In this document: in pieces, positions 19,533-28,001 of the stretch
Layout: every line of letters begins with the position of its first letter
Position numbering within the stretch: position 1 is the first letter of the stretch
Assembly (NCBI GenBank): GCA_963712745.1
Contig: CAVQJC010000004.1
Coordinates: 64,001 to 128,000, forward strand
Reading direction: 5' to 3'
Length of the DNA: 64,000 nucleotides
Source: an uncultured Chloroflexia bacterium
Lineage (GTDB): Bacteria > Chloroflexota > Limnocylindria > Limnocylindrales > CSP1-4
The notes under the pieces: generated by a model
What the model was told of the DNA's origin: nothing
The model's input: only the letters and a program-made list of their open reading frames with translations
Database searches by the model: none
Made by a program: the position numbers and the translations under genes

Positions 19533-20103
19533 GCTGGCTCTCCATTGCGCCCGGCGGGGCGGCATCTGCCCCGGCGACAGCGTGGTCGTCATGGGCGCCG
19601 GGCCGGTCGGTCTCCTGGCGGCTGACGCGGCCCTGGCCGTGGGCGCGGGCCGGGTCATCGTGGTCGGACGCGGGCCGCGTCTGCAGAAGGCTCTGCAGAT
19701 GGGTTTCATCGGCCTGGACAGCAACGCGGTGGAGCCGGCAGAGGCGGTGCGTGAGCTCACGCACGGGTTCGGCGCGGACGTCGTCATCGAGGCGGCCGGT
19801 ACGCCGACCACGCTGCAGTGGTCCCTGGCGGCCCTGCGCAAGGGTGGCCGCATCGCCGCGGTCGGCATCCCCGCGGAAGGCGTTACGATCGACATGCGAG
19901 AGCTCGTGCTCTACGAACTCGAGATCGCCGGCTCGCGCGCCTCTGCCGGTGAGATGCGCCGGGTGATGCCGCTCATCGCTGATGGGCGCATCCGTTTGCG
20001 CGAGATCATGACCCACCAGTTCGCGCTGGCTGACTTCGGCGAGGCCCTGGCCACATTCCGAGATCGCTCCAGCGGGGCGATCAAGATCACCATCAAGCCG
20101 TAG
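19048..20103 (+). CDS. Zinc-binding (MDR) alcohol/polyol dehydrogenase, copy 2
   Basis: N-terminus identical to copy 1; GAGPVG Rossmann motif; divergent C-terminal half. Confidence 0.9.
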   Translation: MTETMQALVVLGPEKFEIGEVPVPEPGPMEVLCRVKAVSICGTDSHLIAGDYPGFWPPAFPIIPGHEWSGEIVKLGPGAEKAGWQLGDRVAGTSHDACGVCQPCVEGRYNLCENYGVMDLHRQYGHNYQGADAEYVVHGVKCIFPLPDTVSWEEGAVIDPASLALHCARRGGICPGDSVVVMGAGPVGLLAADAALAVGAGRVIVVGRGPRLQKALQMGFIGLDSNAVEPAEAVRELTHGFGADVVIEAAGTPTTLQWSLAALRKGGRIAAVGIPAEGVTIDMRELVLYELEIAGSRASAGEMRRVMPLIADGRIRLREIMTHQFALADFGEALATFRDRSSGAIKITIKP

Positions 20104-20123
20104 CAGGGGAGCACGAGCTGGAC

Positions 20124-22256
20124 ATGAACTGGTCGTTCGCATTCGATCGTCCGCCGCAGTTGAGCGCCGACGAGCTGAGAGCCTTGCTCGGCGGCAAGGG
20201 TGCGAACCTCGCGGTGATGACGACCGAGCTGGGCCTGCCGGTGCCACCCGGTTTCGTCATCTCCACCGACGCCTGCAAGGCCTACATGCGCGATGGCTGG
20301 CCCCCCGGCCTCGACGATGAGCTGCGAGTACAGATGGCGCGCATCGAGCAGCAGGTGGGCCGTCGTTTCGGCGACGCGGGCGATCCCCTGCTGGTGAGCG
20401 TGCGCTCGGGGGCGCCGGTATCGATGCCGGGCATGCTCGATACCATCCTCAACCTCGGGCTCAACGACCAGACCACGGCCGGTCTCGGGCAAGCCGCCGG
20501 TGACGTTGAGTTCGCAGGTGCCTGCCGGAAGCGACTCGAGGCCATGTACCGTGACATCGTCGGGGTCGAGGAGGTGCCGGCCGATCCGTGGGCCCAGCTG
20601 CGTGCCGCCGTGGAGTCCGTGTTCCGCAGCTGGGACAGCGACCGGGCGCGCAGCTATCGCGAACGCGAGTCCATCGCGCCCGACCTGGGTACCGCCGTGG
20701 TCGTGCAGGCCATGGTCTTCGGCAACCGCGGGCCCGACTCCGCGACCGGTGTGCTCTTCACGCGCAACCCGGCCACGGGCGAGAACACGCTCTACGGCGA
20801 CCTGCTGTTCGGTGCCCAAGGCGAGGACGTCGTCGCCGGCACGCACGCGACCGAACCGATCTCGGCGCTCGAAACGCGGCTGCCCGGCGTGGCCATGGAG
20901 CTGCGTTCCTACGCCGACCAGCTCGAGCATCACTACGGCGACATCTGCGACATCGAGTTCACCATCGAAGAAGGTCGCCTGTGGATGCTCCAGAACCGCA
21001 TCGGCAAGCGCACCGCGCAGGCAGCCTGCCGCGCCGCGGTCGAGATGGCCGAGGACGAGGCCTTCCCGTTGTCACGACCGGAGGCGGTCGAACGCGTGCG
21101 GGAGATCCTGGTGGATCCGCCGGTCATCGCCGCCGAGATGAGCGGCAACGTCGAGATCGTGGCGGCCGGGCTGGGAGCCTCGCCGGGGCTGGCGACCGGC
21201 GCTATCGCCACCACTCCCGAAGCTGCCGTTCGCATGGCCGCGGCCGGCACGGACGTGCTGCTGGTCCGCGCGGAGACCTCGCCGGACGATGTGCACGGCA
21301 TGGCCAAGTCGGTGGGCATCCTGACCTCAACCGGCGGCCTTGCCTCTCACGCGGCCGTGGTCGCTCGTGGCTGGGACATCCCGGCCGTGGTCGGCGCGAT
21401 CGGCGTGGTCGTGGGCGAAGGCGGCGTCGCCATCGCCGATACGCTCTACCGAGAAGGGGACGTCATCAGCATCGACGGCAGCACCGGGGAGGTCTACGGA
21501 GGCCCGGTCGAGTCGATGACGACGGTGGTGCCCGAAGCTGCCATGCTCATCGCCTGGGCCCGGGAGCTGGGCATCGAGATCGCACAGCCACATGAGTCGG
21601 AGGAGGGCAGCGCCGTGGTCTCTGCAGGTGAGGGCGATGTGGCAGCCGAGGATGTCGTTCGCGTGCTCGCGATCAAGGGCTATGTGATGCCTGACATGCT
21701 GGCGCCTGCGCTGGGCGTCAGCGCCGATGAGACACAGCAGCAGCTTGACCGGCTGGCAGCGGACGGCATCGTCAAGGAATCCGGTGGCATGTTTAGCCTG
21801 ACCGATGACGGCAAGGCCCTGGGAACCGAGATGATCGCGGCCGACCGCGAGGCCTGGGGTGCGGAGAATGCGCTCGCCGCGCTCGATGCCTTCCTTGTGC
21901 TCGACAGCCAGATGAAGACGATCGTGACCGCCTGGCAGATGAAGGAGGTCGGCGGTGAACAGGTGCTCAACGATCACACCGACGCCGAGTACGACGCGGG
22001 CGTCCTCTCGCAGCTGGCCGCGCTCCACGTCGAGGCCACGGCCTGGATCGCGCCGCTCTATGCCGGGCTGGCCCGGCTGGTGGCCTACGGCAAGCGGCTG
22101 GACGTAGCGGCAGAGGCGGCTGCCGCCGGCGACGGGATGTACATCGCCTCACCGCGGGTCGACAGCTACCACGGGGTCTGGTTCGAACTGCACGAGGATC
22201 TCATCCGCCTGGCCGGCCGCACGCGCGAGGACGAAGTCGCGGCCGGCCGCGCCTGA
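20124..22256 (+). CDS. Truncated pyruvate,phosphate dikinase-like protein (ATP-grasp + phospho-His domain) fused to a C-terminal wHTH/helical domain
   Basis: LLGGKGANLA, VSVRSGAPVSMPGMLDT, QAMVFGN, QGEDVVAG, DIEFT, GGLASHAAVVARG; no pyruvate-binding TIM barrel; ends DSYHGVWFELHEDL. Confidence 0.85.
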   Translation: MNWSFAFDRPPQLSADELRALLGGKGANLAVMTTELGLPVPPGFVISTDACKAYMRDGWPPGLDDELRVQMARIEQQVGRRFGDAGDPLLVSVRSGAPVSMPGMLDTILNLGLNDQTTAGLGQAAGDVEFAGACRKRLEAMYRDIVGVEEVPADPWAQLRAAVESVFRSWDSDRARSYRERESIAPDLGTAVVVQAMVFGNRGPDSATGVLFTRNPATGENTLYGDLLFGAQGEDVVAGTHATEPISALETRLPGVAMELRSYADQLEHHYGDICDIEFTIEEGRLWMLQNRIGKRTAQAACRAAVEMAEDEAFPLSRPEAVERVREILVDPPVIAAEMSGNVEIVAAGLGASPGLATGAIATTPEAAVRMAAAGTDVLLVRAETSPDDVHGMAKSVGILTSTGGLASHAAVVARGWDIPAVVGAIGVVVGEGGVAIADTLYREGDVISIDGSTGEVYGGPVESMTTVVPEAAMLIAWARELGIEIAQPHESEEGSAVVSAGEGDVAAEDVVRVLAIKGYVMPDMLAPALGVSADETQQQLDRLAADGIVKESGGMFSLTDDGKALGTEMIAADREAWGAENALAALDAFLVLDSQMKTIVTAWQMKEVGGEQVLNDHTDAEYDAGVLSQLAALHVEATAWIAPLYAGLARLVAYGKRLDVAAEAAAAGDGMYIASPRVDSYHGVWFELHEDLIRLAGRTREDEVAAGRA

Positions 22257-22285
22257 CACGCACGAGCCGCTACGCTGGGAGAACC

Positions 22286-23578
22286 ATGCCGACGCAAGCA
22301 GAGCTCGAAGTCGCGACGCTGGGGTCCGCCCGCTTCGATTCGCCGCTCGTGGCCAGGGGCCGGCGACTCCCGGACCCTGAGTTGCGTGTCCGCTACCAGG
22401 CCCGAGAGGGTTCGGCCGAACTGGAGGGAGAGGACCTCTTCCTCGAGAAGGCCGGACCACGCGAGAAGCTGTACTTCGACCCAGCCGGGACGACGGCTGC
22501 TTTCGTCACCTGTGGCGGTCTCGCCCCGGGCCTGAACAACACCATCCGCTCGGGTTTCTACGAGCTCCTTCACAACTACGGCGTCAAGCGCGTCCTCGGC
22601 ATCCGCAACGGCTACCAGGGCCTGGTGCTGTCCGAGGGCCTTGAGCCCATCGTGCTCACGCCAGACATGGTCGATGACATCAACGACCTGGGCGGGACGG
22701 TGCTGGGAACCTCGCGTGGCGGCCGCGACCCAGCAGAGATCGTCGACTTCCTCGAGGCGCACGCCATCGACATCCTCTTCTGCATCGGCGGTGACGGCAC
22801 CCAGCGTGGTGCCCACAGCATCGAGCAGGAGGTGCGCGCTCGCGGCGGGAAGCGTTCCATCGTGGGCATCCCCAAGACCATCGACAACGACGTGCCCTTC
22901 GTCTACACCAGCTTCGGCTACGCGACCGCGCTCGAGGAGGCAGCGCAGATCCTGCGAGGCGCGCACGTGGAGGCCAAGAGCCACAGAAGCGGGATCGGCC
23001 TGGTCAAACTCATGGGCCGGGACGCCGGCTTCATCACGGCCGGCGCCGCCATCGCCAGCCAGGAGGCCAACTTCGTGCTGGTCCCGGAGGTCCCCTTTCC
23101 GCTCGACGGCCCCTCCGGCTTCCTCGAGGTGCTCGAGCGACGCATGATCGAGCGGGACCACGCGGTCGTGGCCGTGGCCGAGGGGGCCGGTCAGCACCTG
23201 TTCGAGAGCGGCGACGCCACGGTCGATGCCTCGGGCAACCGCCGCTATCGGGATATCGGCGTCTTCCTGCGCGACCGCATCCGCCAGCACTTCCGTGAGC
23301 GGGAGATGCCGGTCACGGTCAAGTATTTCGATCCCAGCTACGCCATCCGCAGTGTGCCGCCCAATGCCTTCGACCGCATCCTCACCGACCGCATGGCGCG
23401 CAACGCCGTGCACGCGGCCATGGCCGGCAAGACCGACGTGATGGTGGGCTCGTGGAACCAGGCCACGATCTGGGTGCCCATCGCTGCTGCGGTCGCCGAA
23501 CGTAAGAACATGTCACCCGACGGCGACATCTGGCGCGCGGTCCTCGCCACGACCGGCCAGCCGAACTGGGGCGGTTGA
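22286..23578 (+). CDS. pfkA: 6-phosphofructokinase, long PfkA clade, probably ATP-dependent
   Basis: TCGGLAPGLN, GGDGT, PKTIDND, MGRDAG, DPSYAIRS; Gly in GGDG suggests ATP use. Confidence 0.88.
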   Translation: MPTQAELEVATLGSARFDSPLVARGRRLPDPELRVRYQAREGSAELEGEDLFLEKAGPREKLYFDPAGTTAAFVTCGGLAPGLNNTIRSGFYELLHNYGVKRVLGIRNGYQGLVLSEGLEPIVLTPDMVDDINDLGGTVLGTSRGGRDPAEIVDFLEAHAIDILFCIGGDGTQRGAHSIEQEVRARGGKRSIVGIPKTIDNDVPFVYTSFGYATALEEAAQILRGAHVEAKSHRSGIGLVKLMGRDAGFITAGAAIASQEANFVLVPEVPFPLDGPSGFLEVLERRMIERDHAVVAVAEGAGQHLFESGDATVDASGNRRYRDIGVFLRDRIRQHFREREMPVTVKYFDPSYAIRSVPPNAFDRILTDRMARNAVHAAMAGKTDVMVGSWNQATIWVPIAAAVAERKNMSPDGDIWRAVLATTGQPNWGG

Positions 23579-23719
23579 AGCGGGCCTCATCGCATCGCCC
23601 TTCGAGGAAGCGTCTTTGAGCCGCCGTCGCATCGCCGCGCGTCAACCGTCAATGACGGACTGCCCTCCGCGTGCAGCGAGACTCGCGCACCGGACGCGGT
23701 GATTGAGCGGGCGTCCTGA

Positions 23720-23983
23720 ATGGGTACGTCTGGAACGCTCGCTGCCGATGGGATCGCCATCTCCACCGAGACGAACGCCATCGAGAACGAGGGCGGCACC
23801 CGGCGCTGCATCCAGCAGTTCGGCGAGACAGCAGCCCCCATCGAGGAGGGGACGCACTCTCTTCTGCTCTCGGGGGAAGGAGGCGATGAAGGGCTGACGG
23901 CGGTCATCGTCTACACGGGGCCTGGGACCGCCACGGGTGCCATCCTGTCGCGTCCGATCCCTGGGCCGGCGGGATCGCAGTAG
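23720..23983 (+). pseudogene. Decayed fragment of the 'ENDDG...GEGAYEGL' extracellular domain family
   Basis: IENEGGTR and LSGEGGDEGLTAVI resemble VENDDGAW/GEDAYEGLS (26178 ORF) and TNDDGYW/GRGAYEGLS (35303 gene). Confidence 0.45.
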
Positions 23984-24117
23984 CTCCGGTCAACGATCTC
24001 CGACTGCCGACTGGCGCCGCACCGTGCCGGCTGGACCAAGCCAGCTCCACGAGGGCCGGACCTCCCGTGTGTCGATGAGAGTCGTCGCACGGACACCACC
24101 ACCGAGCACTCAGGATA

Positions 24118-24149
24118 TGAAGAAGCCCCGCCGGATGGACCGGCGGGGC
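24118..24149 (-). terminator. Intrinsic terminator for the SDR-MBL unit
   Basis: GCCCCGCCGG-ATGGA-CCGGCGGGGC stem (24125-24149) followed by TTCTTC on the minus strand. Confidence 0.7.
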
Positions 24150-24184
24150 GGTGCGCTGGGGCCACTGGGGCGTGGAGGTGAGTA

Positions 24185-25054
24185 TCAGTCCTTCTTGTCG
24201 GTCATCTGGTCCCAGAGGGCGCCGGCGTTGTGGGACATGATGTAGTCCATCATGTACTCCTGACCGATGTCGACCGGAAAGCGCTCCTTGAGGTTGACGC
24301 GCTCCTGGGTCTCCTCGCGGGAGAGGCCTTCGGCCACGGCCGCAGCGACGCGTGACTTCCACTCCAGCAGGATGGCGCGCTGGTCATCGAGCGACGAGCG
24401 GTCGGTCAGCGGTCCGTGGCCCGGCACCAGGTGATCGAAGTCGAGCGCGCGGATGGTCTCCAGCGCGGCCAGCCAGCCGTCCACATCGGATGTCATCAGC
24501 CACGTCTGACACTGGTTGAAGATGGTGTCACCGGTGAAGACGACGCCCTCCTCGGGCACATGCACGGCGATCTGGCCCGGCGTGTGGCCAGCCACGTGGA
24601 TGAGGTCGAAGTGGGTATCGCCCACCCGCAGCTTCAGATCGCCGGTGAAGACGATGGCGCCGTCGTTGGGCTCGCGGTAGTACTCCTCGCGCTCGGGGAA
24701 GATGGCCACGCCCTCGGGGTCGTCGGTCGGAAGGGCCTCCTCGGCATAGGCGAAGGGGTCCAGGATCGGCGCGACCACCATGTAGTTGTCGGCCACGCCC
24801 TTGTGGTGGACCACAGGCACCGGCTTGAAGTAGTAGTTGCCGAAGATGTGGTCGACGTGGTGCTCGGTGTTGATGACGTAGCGGATGGGGCCGTGCGTTT
24901 CGGCCTGCTCGCGCATGGCCACCGCCTTGGTCGGCAGCTGAGGGGTGTCGACCACGACGACCCCGTCCGAGGTGACCACGTAGCTGGGGTTGCAGCCACG
25001 GATCCTGGTGTTCGAGTAGACGTTGGCAGTGACCTGCTCCATGGGCGGCTTCAA
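24185..25054 (-). CDS. MBL-fold metallo-hydrolase (cyclase-like subgroup)
   Basis: VVVDTP, NTEHHVDHIFGN, GHTPG, FTGD, VPGHG. Confidence 0.9.
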   Translation of the reverse strand: MKPPMEQVTANVYSNTRIRGCNPSYVVTSDGVVVVDTPQLPTKAVAMREQAETHGPIRYVINTEHHVDHIFGNYYFKPVPVVHHKGVADNYMVVAPILDPFAYAEEALPTDDPEGVAIFPEREEYYREPNDGAIVFTGDLKLRVGDTHFDLIHVAGHTPGQIAVHVPEEGVVFTGDTIFNQCQTWLMTSDVDGWLAALETIRALDFDHLVPGHGPLTDRSSLDDQRAILLEWKSRVAAAVAEGLSREETQERVNLKERFPVDIGQEYMMDYIMSHNAGALWDQMTDKKD

Positions 25055-25100
25055 GGTCGCGGTTCCTCCCCGGGGGTATGTACTGAGTTGGCCCGGCGCG

Positions 25101-25886
25101 CTACTGGGTCGCGGTCAGTCCGCCGTCGATGCCCAGGATCTGGCCGGTGATGAACGATGACGCGTCAGAGACCAGGAAGATGGCCGCGCCCACGAGGTCG
25201 CTCGTGCCACCCACGCGCCCGAGCGGGATGCGTGCCACCACGCCCTTCTTGAACTCTGGATCCTCGAGCAACATGGCCACCTGTGGCGTGTCCACGAAGG
25301 TGGGACTGATGGCGTTGACGTTGATGCCGTACTTGGCCCACTCGGTGGCCCACTGGCGCGTGAGCGAGCTGATGGCGCCCTTGGCCGCGACATACGCCGA
25401 GTAGCCGGCGTTGATGCCGAGGGCGGCCCGCACCGAACTGATATTGAGCACCTTGCCGCCGTTGCCCGCCTCGATCATGGCCTTGACCGCGGCCTGGGTG
25501 GGCACGAGCGTGCAGCGCACGTTGATGTCGTAGATCCAGTCCCAGGCGTCGTCGGGGTAGTCCTGGGCCTCGAAGAGGACCTTCCCGGCGCCGCCGCCGA
25601 TAGCGTTGACCATGATGTCGAGCCTGCCCAGGTGGTTCACCACCTCGTCGACGACCGCGTCCGCTTCGTCGCGCTTGGTCATGTCGCCAGCGACGGCAAG
25701 GCATTCGCCACCGACCGCCTCCACCCTGGCCCTGGTGGCATCGACCAGCTCCTGGCTGATGTCGGTCACGGCGATCTTCGCACCGGCCTCTGCGAGGGCG
25801 ACGGCCATGGCGCCACCGATAGCCCCGCCTCCGCCACCGATGAACGCGACCTGGCCATCGAGCTTGAACCTGTCCAGCTGACCCAT
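25101..25886 (-). CDS. SDR family oxidoreductase (gluconate 5-dehydrogenase/KduD-like)
   Basis: GGGGAIG, NISS, YVAAK, NAISP, ITGQILGIDGG; GGAGG SD before ATG 25886. Confidence 0.9.
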   Translation of the reverse strand: MGQLDRFKLDGQVAFIGGGGGAIGGAMAVALAEAGAKIAVTDISQELVDATRARVEAVGGECLAVAGDMTKRDEADAVVDEVVNHLGRLDIMVNAIGGGAGKVLFEAQDYPDDAWDWIYDINVRCTLVPTQAAVKAMIEAGNGGKVLNISSVRAALGINAGYSAYVAAKGAISSLTRQWATEWAKYGINVNAISPTFVDTPQVAMLLEDPEFKKGVVARIPLGRVGGTSDLVGAAIFLVSDASSFITGQILGIDGGLTATQ

Positions 25887-25946
25887 GCTGGTTCCTCCAT
25901 GCGCATGTCCGCGTTGCCCGGCGGGCAAGGGGTGCGGTGTCCTTCA

Positions 25947-25965
25947 ATCATCGATTATCGACGAT
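25947..25965. promoter_or_regulatory. Palindromic operator ATCATCGATTATCGACGAT upstream of the SDR gene
   Basis: Same TCGATTATCGA core as at 9498-9508. Confidence 0.65.
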
Positions 25966-26120
25966 ATGGAAGGCGCCTGTGTGGGCGGGACGTTGCCCGA
26001 AAGCCCGGAGATGCCCTCGCTCGGGGGCGTCCGTGGACCAGCGGAGCTCACGGGCGGCCCTCGATCCGATGGACCCAGCATGCCGAGGGAAGGTTTCGGG
26101 CTGGCCGAGGCGTCGTATAG

Positions 26121-26468
26121 CCGGCCGAGGACGGGGTCGCCACGCTCCAGGGACACATCAGTGATGCCACGCCGGAGATGAGCGACCCTCGAGTCGGCGG
26201 TACGTACCGATACACCCAGAACGCCCACGACCACGGCGGCATGGGACCGAACTGGGGCACCATGAGGGTCGAGAACGACGACGGTGCTTGGGAAGGACCC
26301 GTCAGCGGCTACTGGTACGGCAGCAACACGTACATGTCGGGCTGCCTCAAGGGCGAAGACGCCTACGAGGGCCTCTCGTACTGTCTCCGGGGCTCGACCG
26401 ATGGCGGGCCCAACTTCATCGAGTTCGACGGTCTCATCTACCAGGGGGACCCGCCACCGCTCCAGTAG
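26121..26468 (+). pseudogene. 5'-truncated copy of the 'SDPR...ENDDG...GEGAYEGL' extracellular domain family
   Basis: Frame open from 26121 after TAG 26118; no signal peptide; C-terminal motifs match the 35303 gene (DGLIYQGDPPP vs EGIIFPGELPE). Confidence 0.55.
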
Positions 26469-26482
26469 ACACCAGGAGCGTC

Positions 26483-26514
26483 GCGCCCGCGGGCCAGCCG
26501 CGGCCCGCGGGCGC
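26483..26514. terminator. Hairpin between convergent genes
   Basis: GCGCCCGCGGGCC-AGCCGC-GGCCCGCGGGCGC perfect 13-bp stem. Confidence 0.6.
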
Positions 26515-26519
26515 TCGGA

Positions 26520-27134
26520 CTACTCCAGCATGCCCTGCTCGACGATGAAGTCGGCCACCTTTCTCAACCCGTCGCCACCCTTGAGGTTGGTGAAGACGTA
26601 GGGCCGGTCCTGGCGCACGGCGATGGCATCGCGCTCCATGTTCATCAGCGATGCGCCCACCGCGGGGGCGAGGTCGCTCTTGTTGATGACCAGAAGGTCG
26701 CTCTCGGAGATGCCAGGGTTGCCGCGGCGGACGGCCTTCTCGCCGGCGGCGACATCGATGACATAGAGCACCAGATCGGTCAGCTCAGGGTCGAACGTGG
26801 AGCCGCCCAGGTCATCGCCACCCTCTACGAAGACGACCTCCAGGCCGGCGTGCCGGGCGATGAGCTCGTCGACCGCGGCCAGGTTCATGGCCGCGTCGTC
26901 GCCCACCGTCGTGTGTGGGCACGAACCGGCATCGAGCCCGATGATGCGATCGTCCGCCAGCAGGCCCGTTCTAGCGAGCATCCGGGCGTCCTCGTGCGCG
27001 TTGACGTCGTTGGTCACCACCGCCAGCTCGAAGCGATCCCGCAGCAGCTCACAGAGCGAAGCCACCAGCGTGGTCTTGCCCGAACCGACCGGTCCGCCGA
27101 TGCCGACACGCAGGGTGGGTCTGGAGTGAGTCAC
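26520..27134 (-). CDS. ureG: Urease accessory GTPase UreG (divergent)
   Basis: [16 protein letters not shown] metal motif, [23 protein letters not shown]. Confidence 0.88.
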   Translation of the reverse strand: MTHSRPTLRVGIGGPVGSGKTTLVASLCELLRDRFELAVVTNDVNAHEDARMLARTGLLADDRIIGLDAGSCPHTTVGDDAAMNLAAVDELIARHAGLEVVFVEGGDDLGGSTFDPELTDLVLYVIDVAAGEKAVRRGNPGISESDLLVINKSDLAPAVGASLMNMERDAIAVRQDRPYVFTNLKGGDGLRKVADFIVEQGMLE

Positions 27135-27139
27135 GCCGG

Positions 27140-27610
27140 CTAGGAGGCGAGGTCATGATCACGGATGTGGTACTTCGTGCCGCGCTCGGGCTCGAACGGG
27201 ACCTCCTCTACGACGACTTCTGCCCCCAGCTTGCGCACGAGCTCGTCGATGGCTCGGTCGTGGCGATAGCGGATGAGGCCCGGCCCGACCTGGGTGCGTA
27301 CGTGCCGGTTGCCAAGGTGATAGGCCACGCGCGCGAGCAGCACTGCGTCCGGGGAGGCGATGGTGGAGACGTCTTCTGCCGCGGCTTCCACGGTGATGAC
27401 GGTCCCGTCCGAGACACGAAGCAGGCTGCCCTCGAGAAGGATCGTCCCCCGTGGCAGGAACAGACCGATGGGCCTGCCCTTCGCGGTGGTGGCTTTGAGG
27501 CGGCTCTTTCGGCGCTGCTCCCAGCTCAGCGGGAGCCGATCGATCGGCTCCCCGGCGGCGGTCAGCTCGTGGACCTCAAGCATCGTCTGCGGTTCCTCCT
27601 CCGGCGTCAT
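27140..27610 (-). CDS. ureE: Urease accessory nickel metallochaperone UreE
   Basis: [28 protein letters not shown]. Confidence 0.85.
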   Translation of the reverse strand: MTPEEEPQTMLEVHELTAAGEPIDRLPLSWEQRRKSRLKATTAKGRPIGLFLPRGTILLEGSLLRVSDGTVITVEAAAEDVSTIASPDAVLLARVAYHLGNRHVRTQVGPGLIRYRHDRAIDELVRKLGAEVVVEEVPFEPERGTKYHIRDHDLAS

Positions 27611-27696
27611 CCGGTTCGACGGTAGCGGAGGCCTCGGTCCGAATGACGACGTAGGGCGGTGACCTTTGCGTTGCCCTTCTGTTGCGGGGTTCGAAC

Positions 27697-27722
27697 CCAG
27701 CAAGCAAGCATGCTGGTATCCT
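27697..27722 (+). promoter_or_regulatory. Putative TA operator (CCAGCA-N8-TGCTGG) abutting a -10 TATCCT, leaderless start
   Basis: Inverted repeat 27697-27716; TATCCT 27717-27722 lies 6 nt before ATG 27729. Confidence 0.55.
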
Positions 27723-27728
27723 GTCACA

Positions 27729-28001
27729 ATGAAGGTAACGGTGGATCTCGATGAGCAGCTCTATCGCGCGGTCAAGGTAGAGGCGGCCCGGAACGATCGC
27801 AGTGTGCGCGACCTCATCGCGGAAGCCATCGAGCGCTGGCTGGAGCACCGGGAGGACGAGGAGGACCTGCGCTCGGCGCAGGCCGCGCTCGAAGAGTATC
27901 GGCGCGATGGCGGGGAGTCCGCGGCGGTTGTCTACCGGCACCTGGCGGCGGAGGCACGGGCACGCTACGGCGCAGATGAGGAGGAGTCCTCGGAGGTGTG
28001 A
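27729..28001 (+). CDS. Ribbon-helix-helix antitoxin
   Basis: MKVTVDLDEQLYRAVKVEAA...SVRDLIAEAIERWL RHH pattern; acidic C-terminus; GTGA overlap with the toxin. Confidence 0.8.
   Translation: MKVTVDLDEQLYRAVKVEAARNDRSVRDLIAEAIERWLEHREDEEDLRSAQAALEEYRRDGGESAAVVYRHLAAEARARYGADEEESSEV

Noticed and set aside
20124-22256. Canonical ppdK
   Set aside because: No C-terminal pyruvate-binding TIM barrel, so no gene symbol was assigned
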